From contig CAWFGE010000012.1 in NCBI GenBank assembly GCA_963815195.1, positions 640,001-704,000 of the forward strand: a stretch of DNA of 64,000 nucleotides. The letters run 5' to 3'. Of the stretch, positions 50,415 through 60,808 are shown one piece after another. A program made the translations under genes and the position numbers. The notes under the pieces were generated by a model. The model had not been told where the DNA came from. It did not search any database and saw only the letters and a list, made by a program, of their open reading frames with translations. Source of the DNA: an uncultured Planctomycetaceae bacterium (GTDB taxonomy: Bacteria; Planctomycetota; Planctomycetia; Planctomycetales; Planctomycetaceae). Each line of letters begins with the position of its first letter. The first letter of the stretch is position 1.

Positions 50415-51812
50415 TCACATTGGGGCGATCCGCCTTGTGCCCACGTCCACGGTGAGCAGCATGCTCGCATCGAAGCTGGCTTGGAGCAGGTTGCACTTGA
50501 GGGCTTGATGGGCGGGGTCGTCCCAGAGGTTGTCGAATTCCCACGGATCGTGCTCCAGATCGAACAACTCGCCCAGGTTGTGGCCGTGATAGACGACCAG
50601 CTTGTACCGCCGATTGCGGTACATGGTGGCGTAGGAGGAATCGCCGTTGACGAACGAGGTGTCGAGGGCATCGTAATACTCGCTCCGCGCGAACGCCCGG
50701 TGATAGTCCGCCGGCGATTCGCCCCGCAGGAGGGGCAGGAGGCTTTTGCCCTGAAAATACTCCGGGACCGGCACGCCGCCCAGGTCCAAGAGCGTCGCAC
50801 TCAGGTCCAAGAGTTCCACCAGGGCCTCGCTTACGAGGCCTTCGGCGATTTGGCCCGGCCAGGAGAAGATCAAAGGCACCCGCACCAGGCCTTCGTAAAA
50901 CCGGCAGCCTTTATAAAGCAGCCCATGATCGCCGAGCATCTCCCCGTGATCGCTGGTAAACACGATCACCGTGTTCTCGCGCTGCCCGGTCTGCTCCAAG
51001 TATTCCCACAGCCTGGCAAACTGGTCGTCGATCTGGGCGATCATCGCGTAGTACAAACTCTGCTGGAGCCGGCCGTCGAACTCGTCGGGATGCCGGGCCG
51101 GCGTTTGGAAGTCGATGTGCTTTAAGCGGCGTTGATGCTCCAAGTCGCTGTCTTTGAAGTAAGGCCCCGGCATCATCTGCGGATCGAACCGCTCGGCATA
51201 GGCTTTGGGCGGGATGAACGGCGGATGCGGATCGTACGGGTTCAATGTCAAAAACCACGGGCGGTCGCGGTGCTCGTCCAAAAACTCCAGCGCGCACTCG
51301 GTCGTCCAGGTCGTTTGATGGAGTTCCGGCGGCACGTGCTCTTCGCTTTGCCGGAGGGCGTCCAGATCGCCGCCCCGCGCACGGACCCAGTCGGCATAAT
51401 CGTGGCCGTGCTCCCAATCATCCCGCGGCGCATGGCTGAACCGCCAGAAGCGGTAGCCGTCATCGAGCCGAGGCTCCGTGCGATGCCCCGAGCTTTGCAG
51501 ATGAAACTTGCCCGCCATCCCGCAGTCATAACCGGCTTCGTTCAGTTGCTTCGAGATCAACGGCGGATGGTGGGGGAACGATTCGTTGCCGTTGCGGCAG
51601 TTGTGGACCCGGCTGGGATACAGGCCGGTCATAAAGCTCGCCCGGCTCGGCGTGCAGATGGGGCTTTGGCAATAGGCGTGCGTGAACGCCGTGCCCTCCG
51701 TGACGAGCCGATCGAGCGCCGGCGTCTGCACAAAGGGATTCCCCAGGGCCGCGATCGTGTCAAACCGCTGCTGATCGGTGCAATACCAGAGGATATTCGG
51801 ACGCTCGGCCAT
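50415..51812 (-). CDS. Cys-type sulfatase
   Basis: RPNIL..DQQR, CTPSRASFMTG, GKFH, PHPP and TSDHG motifs. Confidence 0.93.
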   Translation of the reverse strand: MAERPNILWYCTDQQRFDTIAALGNPFVQTPALDRLVTEGTAFTHAYCQSPICTPSRASFMTGLYPSRVHNCRNGNESFPHHPPLISKQLNEAGYDCGMAGKFHLQSSGHRTEPRLDDGYRFWRFSHAPRDDWEHGHDYADWVRARGGDLDALRQSEEHVPPELHQTTWTTECALEFLDEHRDRPWFLTLNPYDPHPPFIPPKAYAERFDPQMMPGPYFKDSDLEHQRRLKHIDFQTPARHPDEFDGRLQQSLYYAMIAQIDDQFARLWEYLEQTGQRENTVIVFTSDHGEMLGDHGLLYKGCRFYEGLVRVPLIFSWPGQIAEGLVSEALVELLDLSATLLDLGGVPVPEYFQGKSLLPLLRGESPADYHRAFARSEYYDALDTSFVNGDSSYATMYRNRRYKLVVYHGHNLGELFDLEHDPWEFDNLWDDPAHQALKCNLLQASFDASMLLTVDVGTRRIAPM

Positions 51813-52051
51813 GAGTCTTACAGAATCTCAAAACCCAGGAAGCAAATCCTCACCATAGTGGATTTCCGAGATTCAAAACAGTGACCAGGATCACCAAGCC
51901 GGAATTGTGTGTGTTTTACAAAAGTAGGTAGGAACTTGGGCGTGCTATCCAATCCACTTGAAAATAGGGTAAAAGATAATCCCCCGACTTTTGTGAGATA
52001 CCGTCGGAATCCTCGCTGGGGAATTCGTTTCGGTTGGGAATCTCCCCGCGG

Positions 52052-52606
52052 TCACCAGGGCATTTCCATTTTGTTGACGATGTCGCGGGCGACGCGATCG
52101 ACGACCTGCTGATTGGCCGAGGCCAGGGATTGGCCGACTTCCGGGGCGAACGAGGCGTTGGACGTGAGGGCGAGCGCCTCCGGCGGCAAAGCGATTTCCT
52201 GCTGTCTGAGAATTTCGCCCGTGCGGAGATCCTCCCAGGTGACCATCACCACCAGCGAGAGTTGGAGTTGGCGGGGATCGTCTTGCGCCGACTCGCTCAC
52301 CTTGAACTTGCGGTAGGACACAATCTGCCCGGACAGCCGGGTTTGGGCGTAAGGCTCTTTAGCGACTTGCAGGCCGCGGAGCTTGAGTTCCTTCTGCACG
52401 GCTTCCGTAAGCTGGAATTCAATCCCGCGTCGAAAGAGTTGGGATTTAAAAATCGGCACCGCCACCGTGCGGACGCCGGGCGAAAACGCCGGCCCGACGG
52501 TGTACCCGCAGCCCCCGCCTACCAGTCCCGCAAGGAGACAAACCAGGCTAAGTGCAAAACGAGCCAGGCGGGATTTTTCTCTGGGCATCAGACAGTCCAA
52601 CATCAC
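52052..52606 (-). CDS. lptE: LPS assembly lipoprotein LptE-like
   Basis: GGCGY lipobox, VRTVAVPIF motif; downstream of the bamD-like gene. Confidence 0.8.
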   Translation of the reverse strand: MMLDCLMPREKSRLARFALSLVCLLAGLVGGGCGYTVGPAFSPGVRTVAVPIFKSQLFRRGIEFQLTEAVQKELKLRGLQVAKEPYAQTRLSGQIVSYRKFKVSESAQDDPRQLQLSLVVMVTWEDLRTGEILRQQEIALPPEALALTSNASFAPEVGQSLASANQQVVDRVARDIVNKMEMPW

Positions 52607-52711
52607 GTTTTTGGCGAGCGGCCGGCGTCAGCCGGCTGATCATTTACGAATTCGCAATTTGCTGAGCTTCTTCGTTTTTTTGCATTCGCGCCACTGAAAA
52701 ACTCCACATCA

Positions 52712-54088
52712 TCATGGGGCGGACGCGGGCACCGACCCCGGGCCGGTCCGCTCGCCTTCATAGGGCCGCTCGTCTGGTTTTTGTTGCGGTTCCTGTTGCG
52801 CTTTGGGCTGTTTCGCTTTGGCCTGTTCTTCCATCTTCGCCAGGATCTCGCGGGATTTCGCGGCGTAGGTCGAGTTGGGATACAATCGGATCACCTCCCG
52901 GCAACAGGTCGCCACCGCGAGCGGCTTGTTCTTCTTCTGCCAGAACAGGACGTTGGCCCATTCGCGCTCCGCCTTGGCTTCTTCCATCTGGCGGATGTTG
53001 TCCAGCAGGCGTTCGCGCTCGGGGTGCTTCGGATACAGCCGCAGCGTGCTCTCCGCAAGGTTATGGGCCGCTTGGAGCGAATCCCCTTCATACAAAGGTC
53101 CTTGATAGGACATCAACTTCACGTGCGAACCCAGCACGAACGCGTTTTCCAGGTGCGGGCTTTTGGGATATTGCTCCCGCAGGATCGAATAGTTCCGGTC
53201 GGCCTCCAGGTAGTTCCCTTTGCGAAGGTGATATGACGCGGTCAGCATGATCGCATCATCCGCGAGCGGTCCCGTCGGATCGTTCAGCCAGATCGCCCGC
53301 AGCGCTTCCAAGGCCCGCCCGTCGGTGTCGAACACCGGCCGGGTGCGGTCGAAGACGTTGGGGAAGATTGGAATCAGCCGCGAGGGATCTTTGCTCCGCG
53401 GATGCGGCGGCTCGGGCGGCGGGGTGGATTTGGGATCCTCCAGGCTCACCGTTTGCACTTCGCTGGAATTGACAAGCTGCGGAAACTCCAGCCAATGCTG
53501 GGCGATCGCGAACAGCCGTTTGGTCACCTTGTCCAGATCCCGCGGCGACGGGTATTTCTTGAGCAGCTTTCCGTAGCTGTCCTGGGCATACCCATACCGC
53601 TTGGTCGCGAATTGGCACTCGCCCAGCATAAACAACGAGTCCTCCTCGATGGGAGAGTCCTTGTAGTCTTTGGCGAGTTTCTTGAAGCGTTTCTCGGCGG
53701 CGGCGTAATCGCCTTTGTCATAGAGGGCCTTGGCCTCGTCAAATTCCGGAGCGCCTTCGAGCGGGGCCAGAGAATCCTCCCGTTGCTTGCGGCGGGCCCG
53801 GTCGCCCAGAATGCGTTCGAGCGGTCCCTTGATGCCCGCCGTGCTGGTCAGGTCCTCGTCGGACCGGCGGCGATCCCAGAACTTGAACCGGGACCAGTCC
53901 ATTCCGCGCTTTTTGGCTGCCGAGTCGTCTTCCGCTCTGAGCGGCGGCAATCCGGCATCGGCCCCTGGAGACAGATCGGGAGACTGGCAGCCCATCCCCC
54001 AACCAGAGAGCACCAACGCCAGCACCCACCCCGCCCGCCGATGGGCGGTGGGAATCCGGTCTCTCGTTTCGTCGTTCTGCATCGTCAT
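52712..54088 (-). CDS. bamD: TPR lipoprotein, BamD-like
   Basis: Lipobox-like GMGC, TPRs with YPS/YPKS/YPNS motifs; recO-bamD-lptE order. Confidence 0.7.
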   Translation of the reverse strand: MTMQNDETRDRIPTAHRRAGWVLALVLSGWGMGCQSPDLSPGADAGLPPLRAEDDSAAKKRGMDWSRFKFWDRRRSDEDLTSTAGIKGPLERILGDRARRKQREDSLAPLEGAPEFDEAKALYDKGDYAAAEKRFKKLAKDYKDSPIEEDSLFMLGECQFATKRYGYAQDSYGKLLKKYPSPRDLDKVTKRLFAIAQHWLEFPQLVNSSEVQTVSLEDPKSTPPPEPPHPRSKDPSRLIPIFPNVFDRTRPVFDTDGRALEALRAIWLNDPTGPLADDAIMLTASYHLRKGNYLEADRNYSILREQYPKSPHLENAFVLGSHVKLMSYQGPLYEGDSLQAAHNLAESTLRLYPKHPERERLLDNIRQMEEAKAEREWANVLFWQKKNKPLAVATCCREVIRLYPNSTYAAKSREILAKMEEQAKAKQPKAQQEPQQKPDERPYEGERTGPGSVPASAP

Positions 54089-54120
54089 CCGTGACCGATA
54101 GCGAAGAAGGGTTTTCTGAG

Positions 54121-54268
54121 AAAATCCGAAATTCGAATCTCGAAATCCGAAACAAAATAAAAACTCCGATGACCCAATGTCTCAAACCGGCCTGAAAACA
54201 GGTTTGGAACATTCGGATTTCTCGATTTGAATTTGTTTCGGATTTCCGATTCCGTGCTTCGGATTTTC
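54121..54268. repeat. Inverted array of (AAATCCG/AAATTCG)-type heptamers
   Basis: AAAATCCGAAATTCGAATCTCGAAATCCGAAACAAA...TTTGTTTCGGATTTCCGATTCCGTGCTTCGGATTTT; half-copy at ~63408-63456. Confidence 0.75.
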
Positions 54269-54273
54269 TCCCG

Positions 54274-55017
54274 TTAGTATTTCAGGTATCGAATCATCTT
54301 GGGTCGACGTCCCAGGACGTGGCTGACCGCGGAGTTGACGACTTGCCGCATCTCTCTGAGCTGCCCGTCGGACACCGCCAGGCGGGACAGGTCGGTCTCC
54401 GGTTGGGAAAGCCGCCGGAGCACGGCCACCGTGCCGGCGGGGATTCGGTTCTGTCGGTATTCCTCGTGTTGGCAGTTTCGGCAAATGATGCCCCCCTGCG
54501 ACAGCCACAGGGCATAAGACGACTCCGGGGCAACCGGCTGGTTGCAAACCACGCAGTGGTCAAAGGCCGGCAGTTGGCCGATTTCGCGGAGGACCGTGAG
54601 TTCAAATCGCAGAAGGGTCAGCCGGGGCAGTCGGCCCTCGGCCAGATGATTCAACGTGGAAACGGCTTCTTCATACAGGATGGGATGCGGGTCGTAGGGT
54701 TCGGTGAGATGGGATAAAAGCTCGGCGACGTAATACCCGGCGTACAAGGTCTCCAAATCCCGCCCGTGCGGTTTGAAGCGGGAAATGAGTTGGCATTCCG
54801 TCAAAATGTCCAGGCCTTCGGACGATTTGCGGATGAAGACTATCTGACATTCGGTCAACAGGTCAAGAGCGATTTCAAATGGCCCTTTCAGCCGCTTGGC
54901 GCCCTTGGCGACCGTGGAAATCTGTCCAAAATCGCGGGTGAAAAACGTCACGACCCGGCTGGATTCGCTCCAATCCGCCATTCGAATCACCAGCGCATCG
55001 GTCTTCTCGGTGGACAT
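54274..55017 (-). CDS. recO: DNA repair protein RecO
   Basis: DWSESSRVVTFFTRDFGQISTVAKGAKR motif; CxxC..CxxC zinc finger. Confidence 0.95.
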   Translation of the reverse strand: MSTEKTDALVIRMADWSESSRVVTFFTRDFGQISTVAKGAKRLKGPFEIALDLLTECQIVFIRKSSEGLDILTECQLISRFKPHGRDLETLYAGYYVAELLSHLTEPYDPHPILYEEAVSTLNHLAEGRLPRLTLLRFELTVLREIGQLPAFDHCVVCNQPVAPESSYALWLSQGGIICRNCQHEEYRQNRIPAGTVAVLRRLSQPETDLSRLAVSDGQLREMRQVVNSAVSHVLGRRPKMIRYLKY

Positions 55018-55294
55018 GTCGGTGTTGTCAATCCGTAACAGGTGATGTTGCCTGGGGGGATCATCTCAGGAAACAGCCGTCTCCCAAAACGGCCGATCGC
55101 CCGCCGCCCGGGTCCGTCTGGCGGCGAGATTCCTGCAATTCATCGGAAAGTCCGGCGGAATAATCCGCACAATTCCTGCAATTTTCTTCAATTCCCCGGT
55201 TTTCCCAAATCATCAAGCGGGAAATAATCCAAAGTGAATCGGATTTGCAATGCTCTCCCCGACGTTCTGTCCTTTGACACCGGGAGGGAATTTG

Positions 55295-55528
55295 ATGTTG
55301 GTACTCAGCCGACAAGTTGACGAAAAGATCATCATTGGCGAAGACATTGTGATCACCGTGGTGGAAATCCGCCGGGGCCTGGTCCGGCTGGGGATCGACG
55401 CCCCGCGGAATGTCACTGTGCACCGCGAAGAAGTGTACAACGCCATCAAAGCCTCGCAAGAGGCCGAACAAGCCAGTCCGCCCGCCCCGCAATCCCAACC
55501 CAACGGCAACGACGCCGGCGAGAGCTGA
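55295..55528 (+). CDS. csrA: Carbon storage regulator
   Basis: MLVLSR...VRLGIDAP...VHREEV; GGAGG RBS. Confidence 0.96.
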   Translation: MLVLSRQVDEKIIIGEDIVITVVEIRRGLVRLGIDAPRNVTVHREEVYNAIKASQEAEQASPPAPQSQPNGNDAGES

Positions 55529-55604
55529 CCGCCCGGACGACGGAATTATACGCCCGCGGCCATCCGCCGGACAACACGCGGTTCACGATCGCCACTTGAG
55601 TTCC

Positions 55605-56225
55605 TCAGCGGTCGAAGGGGTTCCCGCCGAGGAGCATGTTTCGCCGTCGCAGGTGGGCGATGAGCGTTTGTGTGTCGATATAGACTTCCGCCTGCAACCC
55701 GAACCCGCGGGCCCGCTCGACGTTCTCCACAATGTCATCCGTGAAAAAGCACTCCTGCGGATCGCATTGGATCGCTTCGAGCGCGGCTTCGTAAATCGGC
55801 GGTTCGGGCTTCATGGCCCCCACCTCGTACGAGAACACGCAGTCGTCGAACCGCGAGAGCACGTCAAATTTCTGTTTGATGAAACTCACATGGGCGATGT
55901 TCGTGTTCGAAAGCAAGACGAGCCGGACGCCCGCGGTCTTAAGCTGGTCGAGCACCGGGACGATGGAGGCGTTGGGCCAGAAGATGTTCGAGACCGCCCG
56001 CATCAGACGCCTGCTGTCGACCTGAGCGCCCGTCAGCGTTTCAAACTGGCGGTGAAACGCGGGGCGGTTGAGCCGACCGGATTCAAAATCGAGCAGGCTG
56101 CCCAACATCAAGTCGCGGATGTCCTCGCCCGATTTGCCGCACAGGGCCCCCATTTGCTCGAACATGCGTTCGTGTGAGAAATACAAAAGAACATTTCCCA
56201 GATCAAACATGACCGTGCGGAGCAT
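55605..56225 (-). CDS. HAD family phosphatase (YihX-like)
   Basis: FDLGNV, LSNT, KPEP and TDD motifs. Confidence 0.9.
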   Translation of the reverse strand: MLRTVMFDLGNVLLYFSHERMFEQMGALCGKSGEDIRDLMLGSLLDFESGRLNRPAFHRQFETLTGAQVDSRRLMRAVSNIFWPNASIVPVLDQLKTAGVRLVLLSNTNIAHVSFIKQKFDVLSRFDDCVFSYEVGAMKPEPPIYEAALEAIQCDPQECFFTDDIVENVERARGFGLQAEVYIDTQTLIAHLRRRNMLLGGNPFDR

Positions 56226-56477
56226 CGCAACGTTCCGGGGATAAGTAAGAGTTGATGAAAAGACAATCAGACAGATTTCTTACGGGTAACGGGACCGGGA
56301 AAATCCCCCTGTCTTGGATATGACAGCGATCGACATACCATATTCGTTTGAAGTTGGAAAGGGTACGCAGCGAAGAAGCAGGGGAAGACAGAACTTCCCC
56401 TTTGCGCTGGTTCGGGGAATCGCTAACCTAAAAGGACGTGATTTCGCGCTGTTTTCTCTTTCCCCGATGGCGATGCG

Positions 56478-56984
56478 ATGTCTATGAGTTTCGGCGGCGA
56501 TGCCGTCAAAGAACCCGCCACGATGCGCGGCCGCGACTGGCCTTGCCTGCGTCAGTTCGGCGTGTTTCTGGAAAACCGCGTGGGCCGTCTGCACGATTTG
56601 CTCCGGCATCTCGAACGCCAGGACTTGCGGATCATGGCGCTGTCCATCGTGGATTCCGTGGACTGCGCCGTTGTGCGGTTGATGCTGAACAACTACGAGC
56701 GCGGCCGCGAACTGTTCCAGTTGTCGAACTTCACGGTCTTTGAAACGGATCTCATCGGGGTCCTTTTGCCCGAAGATCCGCAGCCGTATCTCAGCGTGTG
56801 CACAGCGCTCCTTCAGGCGGAAGTCAATCTGCACTACACCTATCCGCTCTTGTTCCGCCGCAAGGGCCAAGGGGCGATTGCGATGTACGTGGACGACATC
56901 GACCTGGGGCTCAAAATCCTCAAGGACAAAGGGCTCACGATCATCACCGAAAACGATTTGCTCGAAGATGACGAGTTCCTTTGA
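56478..56984 (+). CDS. Tandem ACT-domain protein
   Basis: [13 protein letters not shown] and EVNLHYTY motifs. Confidence 0.8.
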   Translation: MSMSFGGDAVKEPATMRGRDWPCLRQFGVFLENRVGRLHDLLRHLERQDLRIMALSIVDSVDCAVVRLMLNNYERGRELFQLSNFTVFETDLIGVLLPEDPQPYLSVCTALLQAEVNLHYTYPLLFRRKGQGAIAMYVDDIDLGLKILKDKGLTIITENDLLEDDEFL

Positions 56985-57020
56985 GCCGAGTTTCCCAGCG
57001 AGCACCGTGCCGCTCATTCT

Positions 57021-57641
57021 TCAACCCGCCTGGCCGTTCCAGGTTTCGAGGCCGCGGAAGATCATCTCGACGGCAAACGTCCCCGTGACGAGCGCCATGA
57101 TCCGCCCGATCACATCCAGGTAGCGGGTGACGACGGCTTCATTCCGCTGGCGGGCCACATCGTAAATCCGCTTGAGCACGATCACCGCGACGACCGAACC
57201 GGCGACGGGAATCAACACCGCCGCGACCGCGAGGCCGGCGGGCAGGCGATGCCCGGCCCACACGCTCGCGCTGACCGTGCCCGGCCCGATCATAAACGGC
57301 ATCGCAATCGAGCCGGCCGCGAAATCGGGATCGCCGCGAAGTTCCCGCAACGCCTCGGCCCCGATAAAGAAATACCGCAGGCTGACGACGATAAAGAGCA
57401 ATCCGCCGAAGAGCAGAAACGACGCGAACCGTACCTGGAGCACGTCGGTGAAGATCGTCTCGCCCGCCAAGGCGAACGTCACGAACACCACGCTGCTGAT
57501 CGCGGCTCCCTTGAGCAGCACGGCCGCGAACGCCGTCCAGGCCATGTCCTGAATCAGGTCGAGCAAATACACGCTGATGAAGAACGGGTTCAAAAGCACA
57601 AACAGCAACATGGCCGACTTGACGAATTCTTTACTTTGCAT
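57021..57641 (-). CDS. MarC family membrane protein
   Basis: LFVLLNPF, AMPFMIGPGT and IGRIM motifs. Confidence 0.88.
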   Translation of the reverse strand: MQSKEFVKSAMLLFVLLNPFFISVYLLDLIQDMAWTAFAAVLLKGAAISSVVFVTFALAGETIFTDVLQVRFASFLLFGGLLFIVVSLRYFFIGAEALRELRGDPDFAAGSIAMPFMIGPGTVSASVWAGHRLPAGLAVAAVLIPVAGSVVAVIVLKRIYDVARQRNEAVVTRYLDVIGRIMALVTGTFAVEMIFRGLETWNGQAG

Positions 57642-60468
57642 GGTTTGATCCTTCCGAGGATTTGCGGCGGTTCCACGCCTTGTGGATTTCGACCGCCCAA
57701 AACACGACCGCGCTCAGACCCAGGCAAATCAGCAGGTCCGGCAGGTCGAGCGCGGTCGTATGAAACAGCCCCTGCAGCGGAGGAATATACACGAGGGCGA
57801 ATTGCAGCACGAACGTCAGCGTCACCGCTCCGACCATAAGCGGGTTCGAAAAAAATCCGATGCGAAACAGCGAATCGGTGAGCGAGCGAATCGCGAGCAC
57901 GTTTCCCATTTGGGAAAGTGTAATCACCACGAAGATCATCGTCCGCCACCGGCGGATTTTTTCGTCCGAATCCAAGAGGCCGGACATATCGGGATCCCAA
58001 TGGATCAGCCCCGCGGCGAACGACACGACGCCCATCAAAAACCCGAATCCCACAATCCGCCACGCCATCCCGCGGCCGAAAAAACTTTCGCCCGGCGGAT
58101 AGGGATCGCGGCGCATGGTGTTGCTTTCCGCGGGTTCGAGTGCCAAAGCCAGGCCGGGCAACCCGTCGGTAACCAGGTTGACCCACAGAATCTGGATCGG
58201 TAGCAAAGGCAGCGGAAAATCCCCGAACACGGACGTGACCAGCGACAAAATCGCGGGGAACAACATCACCCAGATCTCGCCCGAGTTGCTCGTCATCGTG
58301 TAGAGGATGAACTTGCGGATGTTGTCGTAAACAATCCGGCCTTCTTCCACCGCGCCCACGATGGAGCTGAAGTTGTCATCGACGAGAACCATCTCGGCGG
58401 CTTCCTTGGAGACATCGGTGCCGGTGATGCCCATCGCCACGCCGATGTCCGCCCGCTTGAGGGCGGGGGCATCGTTCACGCCGTCGCCCGTCATCGCCGC
58501 GATGTGCCCCTGGTTTTGGAGGGCTTCCACAATCCGCAGCTTGTGCTCCGGCGAGACCCGCGCGAACACGGCCGCTGTCCGCACGGTCTGCTCCAGTTCC
58601 GCCGGGGACATCTTCGCCAACTCCCGCCCCGTGACGGCGGGATGCTCATTGCCGATGCCCAAATCGGCCGCGATGGATTGGGCGGTCAGCGGATGATCGC
58701 CGGTAATCATCATCGGCCGAATCCCCGCCGACTTGCAGCGGGCGACGGCATCGGCGACCTCGGCCCGCGGCGGATCGATCATCCCGCACAGGCCGAGGAA
58801 AATCAAATTCCGCTCCAGCCCTTCCGTGTTGATCGGGGAACCGTTTTCGGAGCCTGCGGGTTTCAGATCTTCTGGGGACAAAGCCCGCGCCGCCATCCCC
58901 AATACCCGCACGCCGCGGGCCGCGAGTTCATCATTGGCGGCCAGGATTTTTTCGCGGTTCGCGGGATCGAGCGCGCGAATCCCCTCCTTCGTCCACACAC
59001 GGTCGGCGACTTCCAACAGTTGGTCGACCGCGCCTTTGGTCAACACCACACGCGCGGGTTCGGCGTCCTTGACGATTTGGGCGATCGCATTGCGGACAGA
59101 ATTTGATTCCTTTTTCGGCGGGCCGGTCAGTTCGTGGACGGTGCTCATCCGCTTGCGGTCGGAATCGAACGGCAGCTCGGCGATGCGGGGCAAAATCTTT
59201 TCTAACGCCGACTTGTTTAAGCCCGTCTCCGCCGCGGCACTCACCAAGGCCGTTTCCGTGGGATCGCCGACGATTTTCGTTGGCTCTTCCTCGTCGCCCG
59301 CCGTTTCCTCGCCGAGGATCGCATCGTTGCACAGGCTGCTCACGCTGAGCAGCAACGTCAAGGCGGGGCGGTCTTCGTTCAACGACTTGGCCCGGCCGGA
59401 TCGCACCGCTGCCGCGAGATCGATGCGTTCGCCGGCGGATTCCAAGTCCTGGACGACCATCCGGTTTTCGGTGAGCGTGCCCGTTTTGTCCGAGCAAATC
59501 ACCGTGACCGATCCCAAAGTCTCCACGGCGGGCAACCGGCGAATCAGGGCATGGCGGCGGAGCATCCTCCGCGCCCCGATGGCGAGGGTCACGGTGGCCA
59601 CCGCGGGAAGACCTTCCGGAACCGCCGCCACCGCCAGGCTGATCGCGGTGAGAAACATTTTCTGAACGTCCTTGCCGCCCAAAAGCCCCAGGCCAAAGAC
59701 GACCGCGACAATCCCGATCGTGGCGACGGTGAGCTGTTTGCCCAACAAGGCCAGCCGGCGCTGGAGCGGAGTTGGCTCGCTCTCGACCGATTGCAGCATG
59801 TCGGCGATGTGGCCCAGTTCGGTCTGCATGCCGGTCTCGGTGACCACGATCTGGCCGCGGCCGTAGGTCACCGTCGTGCCCATGAACACCAGGTTCCGCC
59901 GATCCCCCACAGGCAGATCCTGCTCGTCGAGCGTCCTTGCGGTTTTCTCGACGGGCACGGATTCCCCGGTGAGAGCGGCTTCCTGGACTTTGAGGTTCTG
60001 GCACTCGAAGAGCCGCCCGTCCGCCGGGACGATGTTCCCCGCTTCCAACAGCACCACATCGCCGGGCACGAGATCCTTTGCGGAAATCTCCAGGGCATGC
60101 CCGCCACGCCGCACGCGAACATGCGGAACCGCCATCTGCTTGAGCGCGGCCATCGCCTTTTCCGCGCGGTAATCCTGAAAGAACCCCAAGACGGCGTTCA
60201 AGACCACAATCGCCAGAATCACGAGGGCATCGTGGATTTCATTGAGGAACACCGAAACCCCCGCCGCCACGAGCAGCAGGATCACCATCGGCCCGCTGAT
60301 TTGCTCCCAGAGAATCTGCCAAGGCCGCCGGCCGCCGGTCTCGATCAGTTCGTTCGGCCCGAATTCCTCCCGCCGCCGGGCGATCCGATCTTCGGAAAGC
60401 CCGGCGTCGGCTTTGGTTTCAAAATGCGATAAAACGGCCGCGACATCCTGCTGATACCAGTGACTCAC
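57631..60468 (-). CDS. P-type ATPase, type IIA (Ca2+-translocating-like)
   Basis: TGES, PEGL, DKTGTLT, TGDGVND and WVNLVTDG motifs; GTG start after GGAG. Confidence 0.95.
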   Translation of the reverse strand: MSHWYQQDVAAVLSHFETKADAGLSEDRIARRREEFGPNELIETGGRRPWQILWEQISGPMVILLLVAAGVSVFLNEIHDALVILAIVVLNAVLGFFQDYRAEKAMAALKQMAVPHVRVRRGGHALEISAKDLVPGDVVLLEAGNIVPADGRLFECQNLKVQEAALTGESVPVEKTARTLDEQDLPVGDRRNLVFMGTTVTYGRGQIVVTETGMQTELGHIADMLQSVESEPTPLQRRLALLGKQLTVATIGIVAVVFGLGLLGGKDVQKMFLTAISLAVAAVPEGLPAVATVTLAIGARRMLRRHALIRRLPAVETLGSVTVICSDKTGTLTENRMVVQDLESAGERIDLAAAVRSGRAKSLNEDRPALTLLLSVSSLCNDAILGEETAGDEEEPTKIVGDPTETALVSAAAETGLNKSALEKILPRIAELPFDSDRKRMSTVHELTGPPKKESNSVRNAIAQIVKDAEPARVVLTKGAVDQLLEVADRVWTKEGIRALDPANREKILAANDELAARGVRVLGMAARALSPEDLKPAGSENGSPINTEGLERNLIFLGLCGMIDPPRAEVADAVARCKSAGIRPMMITGDHPLTAQSIAADLGIGNEHPAVTGRELAKMSPAELEQTVRTAAVFARVSPEHKLRIVEALQNQGHIAAMTGDGVNDAPALKRADIGVAMGITGTDVSKEAAEMVLVDDNFSSIVGAVEEGRIVYDNIRKFILYTMTSNSGEIWVMLFPAILSLVTSVFGDFPLPLLPIQILWVNLVTDGLPGLALALEPAESNTMRRDPYPPGESFFGRGMAWRIVGFGFLMGVVSFAAGLIHWDPDMSGLLDSDEKIRRWRTMIFVVITLSQMGNVLAIRSLTDSLFRIGFFSNPLMVGAVTLTFVLQFALVYIPPLQGLFHTTALDLPDLLICLGLSAVVFWAVEIHKAWNRRKSSEGSNHAK

Positions 60469-60607
60469 AATGGCTCCCAAAGAGTTGGATTTCCGGGGCG
60501 CTAAGCGGCCTCATCATAGTGATTTCCGCAGCCAGACGGCAGAGCGCAGCAGGCAGCCGCAGCCAGACGGCAAAGCGCAACAGGAACCGGCCGGTCGGCA
60601 GATTCGA

Positions 60608-60795
60608 TACGCCGAAGGCGTTACATAAAAAAGCCCAGGGTCAGCGGCGCAGCCCTGGGTCTCTGTGCAATAAAGTGCTATACGCCGAAGGCGTTATACA
60701 AGCCGATCGTATAACGCCTTCGGCGTATTGGGATATTCGGGATCAACTTCACCCAGAGTGCGCTTCGCGGACTCTGAGCTTCGTGGTTAAACCGC
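60608..60795. repeat. REP-like element with TACGCCGAAGGCGTTA units
   Basis: Two direct and one inverted copy of the unit. Confidence 0.8.
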
Positions 60796-60808
60796 GAGTG
60801 AGCTTACC

